DNA of 64,000 bases, from NCBI GenBank assembly GCA_951406725.2, contig OX597822.1, positions 49,972,001 through 50,036,000 of the forward strand, read 5' to 3'. The DNA is from Octopus vulgaris. Its lineage: Eukaryota. Under the pieces are notes generated by a model that was not told the origin of the DNA, ran no database searches, and saw nothing but the letters and a program-made list of their open reading frames with translations. Position numbers and translations under genes: made by a program. Positions 39,456-54,059 of the stretch are shown piece after piece; the stretch's first letter is position 1; every line of letters starts with the position of its first letter.

Positions 39456-39669
39456 ATAATGTAAAGTATAGAAGCCATCTTAACATGGCTAACCACATAG
39501 GGGAGAGGGTGTTACTGTAGCTTTATAGCCCCAGGATATCGTCGTCTCCAGCTGAAATGGTGTCTAAAGCCAGTTGGAGACGACGATTTCCTGGGGCTAT
39601 AAAGCTACAGTAACACCCCCTCCCCTATGTGGTTAACCATGTTAAGATGGCTTCTATACTTTACATTAT
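39456..39669. repeat. 99-bp inverted repeat (39456-39554 / 39571-39669), 16-bp spacer, 4 mismatches
   Basis: Arms aligned by eye: ATAATGTAAAGTATAGAAGCCATCTTAACATGG...GTCGTCTCCAGCTG. Confidence 0.95.
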
Positions 39670-39734
39670 TAACTTATTACATGGTTTCTATGGAGATTGA
39701 TCAAATGGATTTAAATGTATATATATATATGCAT

Positions 39735-39925
39735 GTATGTGTGTGGAGGGGTCTGTCTGTGTGTGTCCCCTCATCAGCACTTGACGGCTGGTGTTGGTGT
39801 GATAGGATCCCTCGTAATATCCCTGTATCGGCAGAGTAGACCGAATAAGTCGATTCGTTCGACTAAAAACCTTCAAGCGGATGCTCCAGCATGGCCGCTG
39901 TCAAATGACTGAAACAAGTAATAGA
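39735..39925 (+). mobile_element. SINE family B tail half, diverged
   Basis: Ends in GCTCCAGCATGGCCGC...AATGACTGAAACAAGTAA. Confidence 0.7.
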
Positions 39926-39935
39926 AAAACAAGAT

Positions 39936-40010
<75 letters not shown>

Positions 40011-40118
40011 CACATTATATATATATATATATAAATACACATTATATATATATATATATACATTATATAATATATTTGTGTGTATATATTTATATATATA
40101 CATATACATTATATAATA

Positions 40119-40162
<44 letters not shown>

Positions 40163-40219
40163 CACATTATATATGTACATATACCCATAAACTATATAAT
40201 ATATAAATATATCTATTTG

Positions 40220-41340
40220 TTAGGTCATCAAGTATGAAATGTATAGTAAGGTATATGGCAAACTTTGACATCTGCTCATTTTGCGCCAACATTATATTTT
40301 GACAATCTTTATTTTTTGTTAGAAAGCGGACACGTCTATTTCTTTGTCATTCTATCATATTTTGCGATTCATAAGGTATTTATAAATAGCTTTCTGCTAT
40401 TTTTGTTTAGAGATAGATAAGTCGGAAATTCGTACAGTTTTGAAATAGGAGTTCTTTCTTGCAAATACAGAATCACATACTGCTCAGAATAATAATGGAG
40501 TATTTCATTGTAGTGTTATTACACATCAGACTGTAACAAATTAGGTTGCAAAATTTCGTTCTATTAACTTTGACCTCACAAATTAGCAACGCGGTCGACC
40601 AGAAACAAAGGGGGATAATGACGAACTGAAAGCCACCTTTGAGTCAGATCCATCTCAAAGTGCCCGTGTTGTTGTTTCGTGTTAACAAGCAAACAATAGT
40701 GACTCACCTAGTTCAAATCGGTAAGGTGAAAAAGTTGGATAAGTGGATTCCAAGGAACTCAATGAAAATCAGAAACAGCAACGTTTGGAAGCCTGCATTA
40801 TGCTACTTTCTCGTCACAAAAATGAATAATTTCCGAATTGAATTATGTGATGAGAAATTGATCCAATACAACAACCGACCGAAAACGTTCAGTATAAGGG
40901 TTAGACAAAGACGAGCCACCAAAACACAGTTCAAAAAGCAAAATTCCTCAAAAGAAGCTGATGGTGTATGTTTGGTGGTCTGGCGCAGGTGTGATACATT
41001 ATAGTTTCATTAAATCTGGCTCATCAATGACGGCCAAATGATGCTGCAACTAACTGGACCAAATTATGCAGAAACTTTAAAAAAAAACAGCCTAAATTAG
41101 TCACTAGATCCACTCCTATTTTATTGCAAGACAACGCCAGACCACACATCACAAAATTGACATTGGAGAAACTATAGGAGTTGGACTTTGGAAATCCTCC
41201 ACCATACTCACCTGATCTTGCCCCCACTGACTAACCGCTTCTTCCAGAACTAGAATAACATAAATTTTAATTCTGACGATGCTGTACGCCAGGTTACAAG
41301 GCTTTTACAGATCCGGGCCAGACAAGCTACCACTCAAATG
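40220..41340 (+). mobile_element. mariner transposon, near full-length, pseudogenised
   Basis: TTAGGTCATCAAGTATGAAATG terminus. Peptides KFRSINFDLTN*QRGRPETK.DNDELK, KVKKLDKWIP, CDEK, LLQDNARPH and PPYSPDLAPTD (mariner DD34D motifs), with many stops. Confidence 0.92.
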
Positions 41341-41463
41341 GCAAAAGCGTATTGACAACATGTTTCATAGAAATGACAAGGCAACAAAGGAATGAAAGAG
41401 ACCTCGATATTATATAAATAGAGGAATTTATCTGTAAATATGTGACAATTATTCGGTAGCCAT

Positions 41464-41524
41464 GATAAAACTCCGAGTTTCGGATGTCGGGGTGGAAACC
41501 CACGCCGGCATCTCATCAGTTATT
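41464..41524 (-). ncRNA. Type I (minimal, PLE-type) hammerhead ribozyme with intact core
   Basis: Minus strand: ATAA-CTGATGA-GATGCCGGCGTGG-GTTT-CCACCCCGACATCC-GAAA-CTC-G-GAG-T-T-TTAT. All core nucleotides present; long stem II with 2 mismatches and 1 bulge; near-palindromic stem III; 4-bp stem I. Confidence 0.75.
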
Positions 41525-41611
41525 GGGCCATCGAAAACAATGCTATCCATAGCATCGAAAGCAATTTTTTCGATGACCCGATAACTGAATACCTGTGTTT
41601 GTATGTATGTA

Positions 41612-41662
<51 letters not shown>

Positions 41663-41913
41663 CATACATACATTACACACACACGTACACAAATATACAC
41701 ACACACACATATATATGTATGTATACATACATACATGCATTCGTATATCACCGTATGCTTAGCTGGAGGTCCGGTTACGAAACGTGGTTGGGAAAGTGGT
41801 TTTGAGTTCAGTAGCTGTGCTTAGCTCTTTGATCAAGTGACTCTCACTGTAGCCCGGAATCGACCATTGAACTACGAATGAATTTGCCTGACAGAAATGT
41901 GTTGAAACACGCC

Positions 41914-42024
<111 letters not shown>

Positions 42025-43744
42025 CATGTATGTTTGTATGTATGTGTGTGTGTGTGTGTGTTTGTATATACATACATTCACAACCCCGTGATTCAGTGCT
42101 TTGCGAAAAGGAACAGTTGGGGCACTTATCAGGCTTACTATAATTACAGGTGTACTAATCCCTGCCATGTAGTATCCTGTATGGTCGCAGCCCAATGAAT
42201 AGCGCATTGTAGCAAATGTAAAGAGAGACATTTCAAACCTCATTACGGTAACAGCACTCGGAATAATTTTACTGGTATTGCTAATCAGAGGAAGCTACTT
42301 CATAAATGTCGGAAAATAAAAGAGCATAGAAATGCTATGTTAGAAGGGACAGTGACAACTTGCTCATGAATTACGTTGATGTGCAATAAAACAGTGGGGT
42401 GGCATAATTCTGTTTTTCCTTAACATAGGTTGGGGTGTCAACATATCTACAATGGAAGCGTTGGAAGAAAACAATTGGTGATGTGTGGAATAATATTTAT
42501 TTCGGGGCATATCTTGCCATGCGCAGGGAGGCTTTGGGCATAGAATTGTCTGCTTGGAGTTTAATATCCGGGAATATGCATGCAATAGGCGGAATTGATG
42601 CTTCAAACAAGTGTACATATGGCGATGGTGCAATGTATGAAAAGGCGTAGCTTTGATCCTCTTCCAACGCCTTTAATAATGACATTGATCCATTGCTCTA
42701 GTAATCGTGTGTATATAGAAGCAACAAAAATACAATCATATAGATTTTTATTTTTGCATTTAATAACTTGTGACTCCCTAAGATTGCAAATCTATGGAAT
42801 AGTTCTACTCACAATAAGTGTAGAAAAACAATAGACTGATGAGGTGGGAGCAGGAAGCTCAGTTGGTTTATGTGTAGCAGTAAGTGTCTATGGAATTGTT
42901 TTCTTCTTATTCTAAATGAAAATTACTGAAGGATGAACTCGGTGGACAAATGAAAGCGCGTGGACCATTATCTCCTTTTGTTTCCAGAGTATAACTTGTG
43001 GTAGCTCTAGGTAATCTTTTTCTTAGTGTCAGGAATCGATGAGTAGAAAACTGAGATTTAATCTGAGATTTAATCTTCGAACAATACATTTACTGTTTCA
43101 AAGTAGCAAAGGTGGAAAGTTGCTATGACAGTATGAAAAAACAACAACAACAAAACAAAACACAAAAACAAAATATTCACAAAGAAAAGCGAGACTAGGC
43201 ATTTAGACAATCAAGATCCAATAAAGCAAACCCATCTAATACTGACAAGTTATTAGAATCGCAGTTCTTTGAAACGACAGAACGAAAAAAAATGAAAATG
43301 AAAAATAATGGAACAGAAAGAATCTTGTAATTATTTAGTAAGATATGTGATCTAGTTTTGAGAAATTTAAAAGATTGACTGCTTGTGAAAACCAAATCAG
43401 TTGTCTATGAAGAACTACAATTGAAGTAAGCATAATGTACGAAGTTGCTGATTACGAGCCTAGCACATCATCGAAGATACTCTCGAACTTTCTAGAGTGT
43501 AATACTAGAAGCAACGAAGTTCGACGTCATATAAAGTACTCTAAGCTAAATCTTGATGTTCGTATTCTCACTCATCTTTGTTTTGGTTACCTTTATTTCT
43601 TAACGTATATTTATTTGTATTTATAAATAAATATGCGTTTTTCTATAATGAGACTGTTTCTTCACCGGTCAATTAGTGGGAAGAATGGTATCGATGAAAT
43701 CTATCTCCTCAAAATTACTGGCTTTGTACCTAAACCATTATTAA

Positions 43745-44165
43745 GAAGGTGACTTGATTACCTAACAGAATCGTTACAGCGTCGGACAAAATTCGCAACG
43801 GCATTTCTTCCGGCTCTGAACATGCTTATCTGAAATCTCGTCGAGGCCAATTTTTCCCTTCATCCTTCGTTTCCATAAAATTATATACCAGTTGAGAACA
43901 GAGATCGATATAATTGACTAGTTCCCTTTTACATAACGTTTGGCTATAGTAGAAAGAATTATTGAAATGTCCAGCCTGTTGAATCGTTAGAGCATCGCAA
44001 AACCTTCCAAAATTTCGTTATGTTTAAAAATCTATCTGTAATCAGCAAGTCAGTTTCACTTTTTACCCCTCTGGAATAGATGAAATATAGTTCAGTCAAG
44101 TACAGGGAACAATGCTATCGACCAATTCCCCACCGTTCCAAATTGCTGGCCTAAATCAGAAACAT
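43745..44165 (+). mobile_element. Two old tandem SINE family A copies
   Basis: Each contains GAATCGTTA.AGC.TCG and a degenerate TTTCATCC...ATAAAAT...CAGT..AG.ACAG body. Confidence 0.6.
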
Positions 44166-44877
44166 TATCATTTAAAATGCTCGCAGCTTCCTCGGCTACA
44201 AGAAAAATCACAAACATACAAATGAACAATGTGACTAGCGCTTTCAAATGAGACTCCATGTGCCAGTTTTACCATCACTAACGCCGCCATTATCATCCCG
44301 ATTTGTTATATCATTAATAGTAGAGTTAACAGCAGTTCACTTAACAAATCTTTATATTTGCTATATTTGACGATTAAGACGTTCGGACGCCAATATATTC
44401 CTTAACAATTATATTTACCTAGCTCAAAAATACTTCTAACTGTGAACCAACACTGTATTACCGGTTATTCGTCTCGTAGCGGCCAAGATGCTGAGATTTA
44501 TAACATAAACACAACGCTTTAAATTTAGTGATGAGGGTGTATTCGATTATATCGATTCTCGTAATTCACTGAATTCATATTTTATTGGTCTCTGAATGGA
44601 TGAAATCTATATCCATCTTTGGAGGGTTGTGCTGGTATCTATTTCTTATTGGTTTAATATCAAGTTTAACATTTATTTACAGAAAGAGAAATGGAAGTCT
44701 GTAGCTCTCGTCTTCTTGCCAAATGTGGTGTTATTAGTATAACTGAAGTGAAAATAGTATAACATTATCGGGTCTGTTTATGGTCAAACAGGTTTAGACG
44801 TTCCAATAAAAAGAGGAAAAAAATATTGATGTCAATAATACCTTCCTTTCGTGGGAAAGATAGTGCTCTGAGTTTTA

Positions 44878-44927
44878 GTAGTTGTAGTAGTAGTAAAAGC
44901 AGCAGCAATAGTAGTAGTAGTAGTAGC

Positions 44928-44970
<43 letters not shown>
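44878..44970. repeat. (TAG)n microsatellite
   Basis: Direct trinucleotide array with GCA interruptions. Confidence 0.9.
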
Positions 44971-46418
44971 AAAGGATGATGATGAAGAATTGATAAGTAG
45001 CGATGCGTATGCATTATTTCGATGACATTAGCAGTTGGAATCGAAACAGTATTGCGGACAAAGGTTCACGTGTACTTCACAGATTATGTATGTATGTAAG
45101 TATTTATGTATGCATACGTGCCTGTATATATATATAAATATATATGCACATACACACATACATGTATATATATATGAAAAGTATAGTCAATAAATACATT
45201 AAACACAGGGAATGACGAGAATGATAGGAATACGATCCAGCGTAAGAGCGTCTATGTAGTCGCTCTGTCGGCTAGAGATGGCAGCTTAATATCTCTAATA
45301 TACATATAAGCCTCTTAAGAACTTTAAAAAAAAGACGTACAAGATTAAGTTTTCCTTTTCTAGATAATATTATAAACGCGATGGCCGTAGTTAGTATACC
45401 TTTTTTTATAGGTGATCTCAATCACAATTGACATGGAGGCTTTGAAAGGCTGGAACATTTACATTTATGACGCAAATACACTCCTCCAAGATTTTAAGGT
45501 ATCACTGAGAAAGGGATGTGGACCTTGCATTCGGTCCCCTAATTAAGTAACAAAGCAACAAAACAATCCCCCAAATCCCGTCCCCATAACATCGAATGAG
45601 CGAGTGACCTGCCGATCTATATTACAACAAAACTGTTATTTTGTTACTTTTAAAGAATATAATTTTCTTAGAGAATGACCTGGGTCAAAGCAACAACAAC
45701 AAATACACAAAACAAGCATGGCTGCCAATAAATGTGTTTTAGGGAGTTGTCGCCCCCATGATCTTGCTAGCCACATGTCAACAGTGATTCAGTAAATATA
45801 TGACCAAACGTGTTGAAGCTGTAACAGATCTCGTCTATTTCGTTTTATATCCTAGGAAAAATTGTAATTTCGTTTTGAAGACGACGGAATGTTATTTGAG
45901 AGAATTAGTTGTTATTTCTAGCAGCTCAAAATGATCACGTAGATAGATTTTACTTGGCTTGTTGATTTTCTTAGATCGTAGTGATAATAAATGCGAAATA
46001 TTTACAGACAGTGACTTCTCTTTGTTGTTGATGACACTGCGGGCCAACGATCCATCTGATGTTTAGGCAATGAAAACGCAGACTTTTGTCGACATTACAT
46101 ATCAGGGACTATATTATTAAATATATCTCTATACTTTTTCAAGGCGGTAGAACGTCATTTGACATATATTTGGCTGCTATGTCTAGCAAGTCATGCGACA
46201 AGTCTTGTTGACTCATGAACTGTTATTGTTGGTAGATGATGTAAATGTGGTTGGACTACCAAATGTAGCTTAGGTTGTGTGGTATATATCGCTTAACTTT
46301 GTACAGAACATTACGTTACGTTTACCAGCAGACCCATACTGCCTGCTGCCATTAGATCTGTTTTATAACTTTATACATGTACATACAGAAAAGTCATTAT
46401 TTTTGCAGTTAATATGAA

Positions 46419-46627
46419 TTTCAAATTTTGGTACAAGGCCAGCAATTTCGGAGAGAAATAAGTCGATTATATCGAACCCAATGCTCAACTGGTACTTATT
46501 TTATCAACTTCGAAAGGATGGGAAGAACAGTCAACTTCGGCAGAATGTGAACTCAGAACGTAAAGGCAGACGAAATGCCGCTAAGCTTCAGCCCGGTGTG
46601 CTAACGATTCTGCCAACTCGCCGCCTT
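46419..46627 (-). mobile_element. SINE family A, full length
   Basis: The minus strand begins AAGGCGGCGAGTTGGCAGAATCGTTAGCAC and ends GGCCTTGTACCAAAATTTGAAA. Confidence 0.88.
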
Positions 46628-46637
46628 TGCTGTCCTT

Positions 46638-46830
46638 AAGGCGGCAAAAAGATAGAATCGTTAGCACACTGGGCAAAATGCTTATCGGGCGTCTCGTCTG
46701 TCTTTAGGTTCTTAGTTCGTATTCCACCGAAACCGACTTTGTCTTTCATCCTTTTGGAGTCGATAAAATAATTACCATTCCAACATTGTAATCGACTTAA
46801 CTCCCCCCTAGATTACTGGACTTGTGCAAA
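46638..46830 (+). mobile_element. SINE family A, head-to-head with the previous copy
   Basis: AAGGCGGC...AGAATCGTTAGCACACTGGGCAAAATGCTTA...CTTTCATCCTTTTGGAGTCGATAAAATAA. Confidence 0.85.
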
Positions 46831-49386
46831 AATAGGAAAGGAATATTAATGTTGTAGCTACATATTCCCGGAGAAGATGAAAACCCTGCAAGAATTAATG
46901 CCACTGAATCTGCTAAAGGGACGATGTAATCAGGAAAACATATGAGGCTGTGGTGATAATTTTTCTACTAAATTGTCTCCTAGGCAAAATTATTTAAGCT
47001 TAAACACATACACATAACCCTGGTGGTGCGTGTACGGGTAGTTGTGAGAGTCGGTTGCTATGTAGCGAAAACATGTAGTAGAAGTGGCTTGGCAGTCGAT
47101 GATAAGGATTAATGTTTTGGTATATGTAAACAGTGAGAACTCCCCACAGTGACTGGGGGCTGTAATGCGCTTGGGTATTTGGTGAGTGTGATAAACAGAA
47201 GTAAGAATGTGCCGTGCGCTGTAAATATAAGTAAATGTTGATACTCTTTATATTCAATCTAATTAAATAATTGATTCTAAATTAGACACAACGTTTCATT
47301 AAAGTGACGAAAAAAATTACAAAATTGTAGAATAAGAAATATTTGATATTAAAACTTTAACATACTTTCAATTGAAGTGTAGAGATATAGTTTTTATTTT
47401 TATTTTTTTAAGTCAGTGATTTGTTTTGATGTGTTTCTTGGACAGTATCTAAATATCTTCTTGCTTGTGCTTGAGTCTTTGTATCCATCTGTGTATGAGT
47501 TCGATTTTTGCCTATGTAAAAACACTGGGTGTCAGTTTTACGCATGTTAGTAAAACTCGGTGTAAAATATCAGGGATTTAGAAAAGGGTTGGTTGAAAGA
47601 AGAGAAATTCTATATAATGAAGTCGATGATCTAAGATTTAGGGTAAGAACGCAGTGATCTATATAAATTTATATGTACTTACATACATACGTACATAAAT
47701 ACGTACATACATACAAACGTATATACATACATGCATACATACACATATAGGTGTGTGAGTGCGTGTGTGCTTGCATGTATGTATGGATACAGCGCCTCCC
47801 AGTGAAGTTTAGCAAGATGAAGGAGGATTATGTTGCGACCATTCAACTCGTTTTTATTCATTCATTCATGTATTTATTTATCTATTCATTTGCAAACCTT
47901 TACAGGTCTTTCCTTAACTCTGCCGGTGCTGGAAAAAAGATGTACCGGTTGAACACACCTATCATAGGTCTTGTGTGTATATGTATGTATGTGTGTGTGT
48001 TCATGCGTATAAACATATATAACTATATGTCTGTGTGTATGTGAGTGTGTGCGCGCGCGTGTGTGTATGTATATATGCATATATGTACATACATACACAT
48101 GTATATATGCATGCATGTACATATAGATATAGGCATACACACACACACACACATATATATATTCCGTGTGCATGTCCATTTATAGTGAAGCTACAAAGTG
48201 GTGGGCAAAAAGTTACTGGCCAATGTGAAAAAGTTATTTACTAAGAAATATATAACAAGTGTTGGGCTCTTTTTATAGCCTTTCTTTACACGAACTCATA
48301 GTGAAGCGCGCATACACACACACATACACACACACACACGCACATACACATACACACACACACACGCACACAAATACACGCAAATGTACGTACGTAAACA
48401 TATATTATAATGTGACGTGTGTATGTGTCTGGTGACATTACTAAATAATCTGAAAAAAAAACTGACTTAGAAATCAATAACTGAGAAGAATAAAAACTAG
48501 GTCCCCAACCATCTCTCAACTGATTTGAATATAAAAAGAAATCAAAATACTTAAAAGAGAAAACAACTCAGAGTAAACGTGCTGGATACGCTGGATATCG
48601 ATAATTTAACATAAGAAAAACCGATATTTTTTTTCTTCTTACAAAGTATAAACGCAAATATGAATAGATATAATTACCTTGATATCGACGAATGTTCATT
48701 AACTGATGTTTCCAATAGAAGATTTCACGTGTAGATTTTCAGAACTCTGATGTTAGATAGAAACTCCGTGAATGTACCGGCAGTATAACGTCAGGGAATA
48801 CTGCACACTGACATTCTTAATTAAACGTTAAACTAAAATAACATATATATATATATATGTATTTGGCATTATATAGGCCTGTGTGTAAAATTATGTATTT
48901 CTATATGTTGCACTTACTTATATGCGTGTTAAGTCCGTGTACGTATGTATACACACATACACACACACACACACACCACACACATACATATGTTGCTTGT
49001 ACTTTGTGCACTAGTTAACTAATCACATTTGGCACTGATATCTTGCAACATCTTCATATGCAAACATGTGTGTATATATATATATGTGTGTGTGTGTGTT
49101 ACATATATATGTGTGTGTTTGTGTATTGTATGTACATATATATATATAAGTGAACTTTTACAGTTTTGTTCGGGGTGCGACTTCTGTATTTTTTATTATT
49201 TTTGTTGAAAGTACAGTTCAAAACGAGTGAGTTGCTAGTAACCACCTTTTCTTATTCTCAGTACTTTTTCTATACTCAATTTTTCTCATACTTAAAGCAA
49301 ACAAAAACAAATTAGTTTCATTTTGTTTTATGAACGATATAGTTTTTTATGTCTCCACATAACCATACACAACCATTAAACAGTTC

Positions 49387-49445
<59 letters not shown>

Positions 49446-50072
49446 TTATATATATATATATTTATATAATGTATGCATATAGTTGGAATTTACAGAAAAA
49501 CAAAAGCCGAAGATAGGTGTATAACCAACAAGCAGGTGTATTAGTTCGACTCTCGGGAAGGTGTTATATACACAGCAGTTGTAAAATTAAGAATTAAATT
49601 ACAAACAAAAACAACTTGCTTTTAGTTTTTGCCTGGATCCTTCTAGGGTAATTGTAATGGAAGACACCATGGGCACGTATTAAAAGTATAATAGCATTAA
49701 ATGGATAACTAAATATACGGTCATTCATACTACCACCCAAGGAAGATCGTTTTATAAATTTCTATAATTTGCATAAACTTTGCTTCGGTACCACTATAAA
49801 AACACATCTGCTATGCAACGACAGCGTTTAAAGGTAATATTAACGCCTGTATTCGTGTAACACCTTCTTTCCCACATTAATATAATAAATAAGCAAATAA
49901 TGTATTAGTTTTTTTTCTTTACTTTAATTCTGGAATTTTCTTGTAATTCAATAATTTGAATTTCATATGTGATATTTCTCTTTTCGTCCCATACATCCAG
50001 TTAAACAACATGAACAAAAGTTGTGACATTTCTGTAACAAGTGTATTTGAACAGAATATACATAGAAATATA

Positions 50073-50140
<68 letters not shown>

Positions 50141-52486
50141 TGTGTGTATCTATTTAATATTTTGTGTTTATGCTTCCTTTGTCTTTTTCCATTCTCAGTC
50201 GATTTTTAAAACCATTCCAGAATCCGATTTTAATGTAAAATATATATTATAGAAGTTATTTCCAGTTGTACATAAGTATTAATACTGTTGTTATTATTAA
50301 TATTGATATTATTATACTTTTGAACTTTGTTTTGTTTTACATGCGAGAAGAAATGTAAGGTAATTTCTCACAACCGATAGTTAACAACCAGGTTTTGAAA
50401 CTGAGACCGGTGATAAACCGAGGTATAGCAGGATAAAAAAAGGAAAAGAAATTCAGAAAATTTAGAAGGAAGCCAAGTGGTTGTTGAGTTGAGTAAACAT
50501 TCGTGCGAGAACCAGCTGGGAAGAGCATACGCTTTGCTATCAGCTGCAGTCTAGCAGTTAAATTGGAAGAAAAATCATCAGCAGCCGCTGCAGCTGCAGC
50601 AGCATTGGTAGTGGTAGTGATAATGTCAGTGGTATGAGTGGCAGCAGCAATAGTACAGTTATAGCAGTTGATTCAGTAGTAAGAGGCTGCTGGAATCAGT
50701 AAGACTGTCCTATCGTTCCAAGTAGCATCTACGTGTGCTTGTCACATTCATTAGTTGCAGCAGATTTGATGTCTGCTACTAGTAATTCAATCATAACAAT
50801 TATTTTCAACTTCGCACCAGAAACGTCTTCTTAAGGAAAGCTAATTGGTAGAATACAACGACACCTGTTTATTAGTGATAACAAATCCATCACCCTCCAA
50901 TCACGGAAGGAAAAAGAACAACGGATGACTGCTGGCAGAGATTGAACGCAGAAACGTTAAGTACTAAGCTAGATATTGTAAAAGCATTTTACTCCTCAAC
51001 ACTCCCATTTGTATCATATTAATTACATTTGCATAATGTTAATAATATAATTGTTTAATCGATAAGCTTAGCGAAAGTTTCCACTTCGCTGTTTCTTCTA
51101 TTTGTATTTTAAGTGCAAGTGGAATGAGTTAAAAGAATCGAAGCCCTTATGCAGACTCGTTCTAGCAAACATTCGGTGCACATATTAAATTTCTTTGGGT
51201 ACTTAAACTTCTTTATTTCTCCAATAATATTAAAGATAGAAATAATTTTGAGGACTATGAGATGAGTAGCGTACGTTGATTTTTATTTATCTAATTTGAC
51301 TGCTAATATTTACCTATTCATAATTTCTTACTTTGGGAAATACCTTCTATTTGTAGTAATGGATTTCAATCGATTATATATGTTTGTCTCTTATATAACT
51401 AGTAAATATTTCCTCGGGATACAATTTAGTAATATTTCAACTGAAACGAAATTAACATTATTAACACTGAAATGTATTTTGTCTGATTCTCTTCCGTTTG
51501 AGACATCACAAGACAAAATGCTTCATAATTTAATTAACTACTGAGACAAAATTTTAAGAGAGAATTATATGGCGGATGTTCAAAGCATGTACAGGCGCCG
51601 AGCAACGAATCGAACTATGCAATCTCGTCTTGGCAATTTTAAAGTTTTATTCTTGTAATAATTTTCCAGTAAACAGGTCGAGAATAAACGTATTGGATTC
51701 GAATTAAACAACATCTCCCATTCATAACTATGTGTGACATTGGGCAAACGCAGTCACGTAAGCACATGTGTATACTCACACACACGTGCGCATAAACACA
51801 CAGACACGTACACACATATACACACGCATGCAGATACACACGCGCGCGCACATAGACACACACACATCACATATACACAAATAAATACATAATTGCAGCT
51901 TCCAATAAGAAAGTATGAAATGTTGAAAACAGAAATGTAGCAGGCTGAGTTGATGCTTCATGTTTATGCTTCGTGGAGCCAAATAGAAAGAAGTTCAAAT
52001 GTAACTCTGGAGTTGGGCACAGTAAATCCTTCAGACCAGCTAACAAAAATTGGCGTTTAAAAATGGCGGGAATTTTAAATGTAATGGACACCATGAGAAA
52101 CAGAAGAGTAGGAAAAATAGAGGGGGGTACTTCAAGAAGAAAAGAGTAAAGGGTCTCAGAACAGGGAACATAGACTAACCGTGAAAGAAAAACCAAAAAG
52201 AGTTGAACAAATATAATCGTAAGCTGTTTATAAGCGATGGAGGATCAGTTCCTTTACGTGAAGTGAGAAGTTAATAACAGTGAGAACTTTAGGATTACAA
52301 AGTTGATGTTTTTTTTCTTTGCATTCCCGAAGCGTACTATTATGAAAGTACGTGTGATTGAGCGTGTATGTGTCTGAGTGTGTGTGCGTATGAGTGTGTA
52401 TGTGCTTGTGTGTGTTTGTGTGTAATAACAAGATAGCATATAATATCTAAATACAAAGTTATTTATCACTCAATATATATACATAT

Positions 52487-52571
<85 letters not shown>

Positions 52572-53848
52572 TATCTATATAATATATACACATATTCATC
52601 TCACAGTGTGTATATATATTGATAGATCGATCGATCAGTCAATCAATCACTCAATCATTACATATCTATATATATCGGTATGTATATCACATTTTATTCT
52701 CTGATATGTATGTATCTCTCTCTCTTTCTCCACTCTGTCGCTCTTACTCTCTCCCCTCTCTCTCAGTACACTCCCCCCACACACACATTCATGTTTTATC
52801 CATTGCCTTGTTCCTTCTTTATTCCTCTCTCTCTCTCTCTTTCTCTGTCCCTGTTTCTCTGATTAACTCTTTTCAGTAGACTATTTCCCACATGACACCG
52901 TATATCATGGATAACCTACTGCACATAAGAACATAGACTCTATAGCTGACTTCCCAACCCTAACACCTCTCCCTCTCTCTCCCTCCCTCTGTTTGACATT
53001 TATTATGTTGATGCCTCTATCTATGAGAACAGTACTTCTCAACGCTAACTTTAGGTAATTATGAAAATGTACACACTTCCATTACTACTTCAAATCGACT
53101 CGAAATTTCAAGCGTGTTTGGTTGAGCAACGCAAATGTTTTCTACTTTGCTTTCTTAGGATTTTATAGAAATCAAAATAATTCGATTGAACGCAATAAAC
53201 AAGATAAAGTTCTATGCATGTACATCCCGAGCACGTTTAGACTTTAAGCTGTTTCACGTCTGAAGGCATCAACAATCTATCAAAATCTATAACCTTTCTC
53301 TGTTTGGCCTCTCTATTTGAATTACAGCAACATCAAAATAAACAATAACTGCGCGCGCACACACACACACACACTCACATATATACACGGACCTATACTC
53401 ATATCTGCACACACACACATATGTGAGCACAAACATATTATATATAAAGATTTCTTTTTCTAGCTTCATATTTTATATTGTTGAGATTCAAGTGATTTAT
53501 ATACAATTTAATACGTGTAGGCTATTTATATACAGCAGAGTTAGAAAGTAATTTTAGAACCACAGACACGTCGAAATTTCCCGAGAGTTTACATTGCTTT
53601 ATATATTTCCTTACTTTCTCTATGTAGTTTTTTTTTTCTTTTTACGAGATAAATATGCGCGTTCTTCTGTTTTTTTGTCGAATGGATGCTGGACGTCCAC
53701 TGTGATCATTTTCTATGAATAAATATATATTAGTCGAATTATGAAGTGCTTAGTCAATTTTATGAATATCTGGTGCCAACCTAAGTCATACAAGTGCATG
53801 CATACATTCAGACACGCGCGCCGACACACACACACACGTGTGTGTGTG

Positions 53849-53930
<82 letters not shown>

Positions 53931-53990
53931 CATACACACATACACATACATACCTACGCACATAGATACATACATACATACATACATACA

Positions 53991-54025
<35 letters not shown>

Positions 54026-54059
54026 CTATATATACACATATATATGTATATATATTCCT

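Noticed and set aside
42836-42870. CTGATGA motif as hammerhead
   Set aside because: No stem II followed by GAAA, and no stems I or III.
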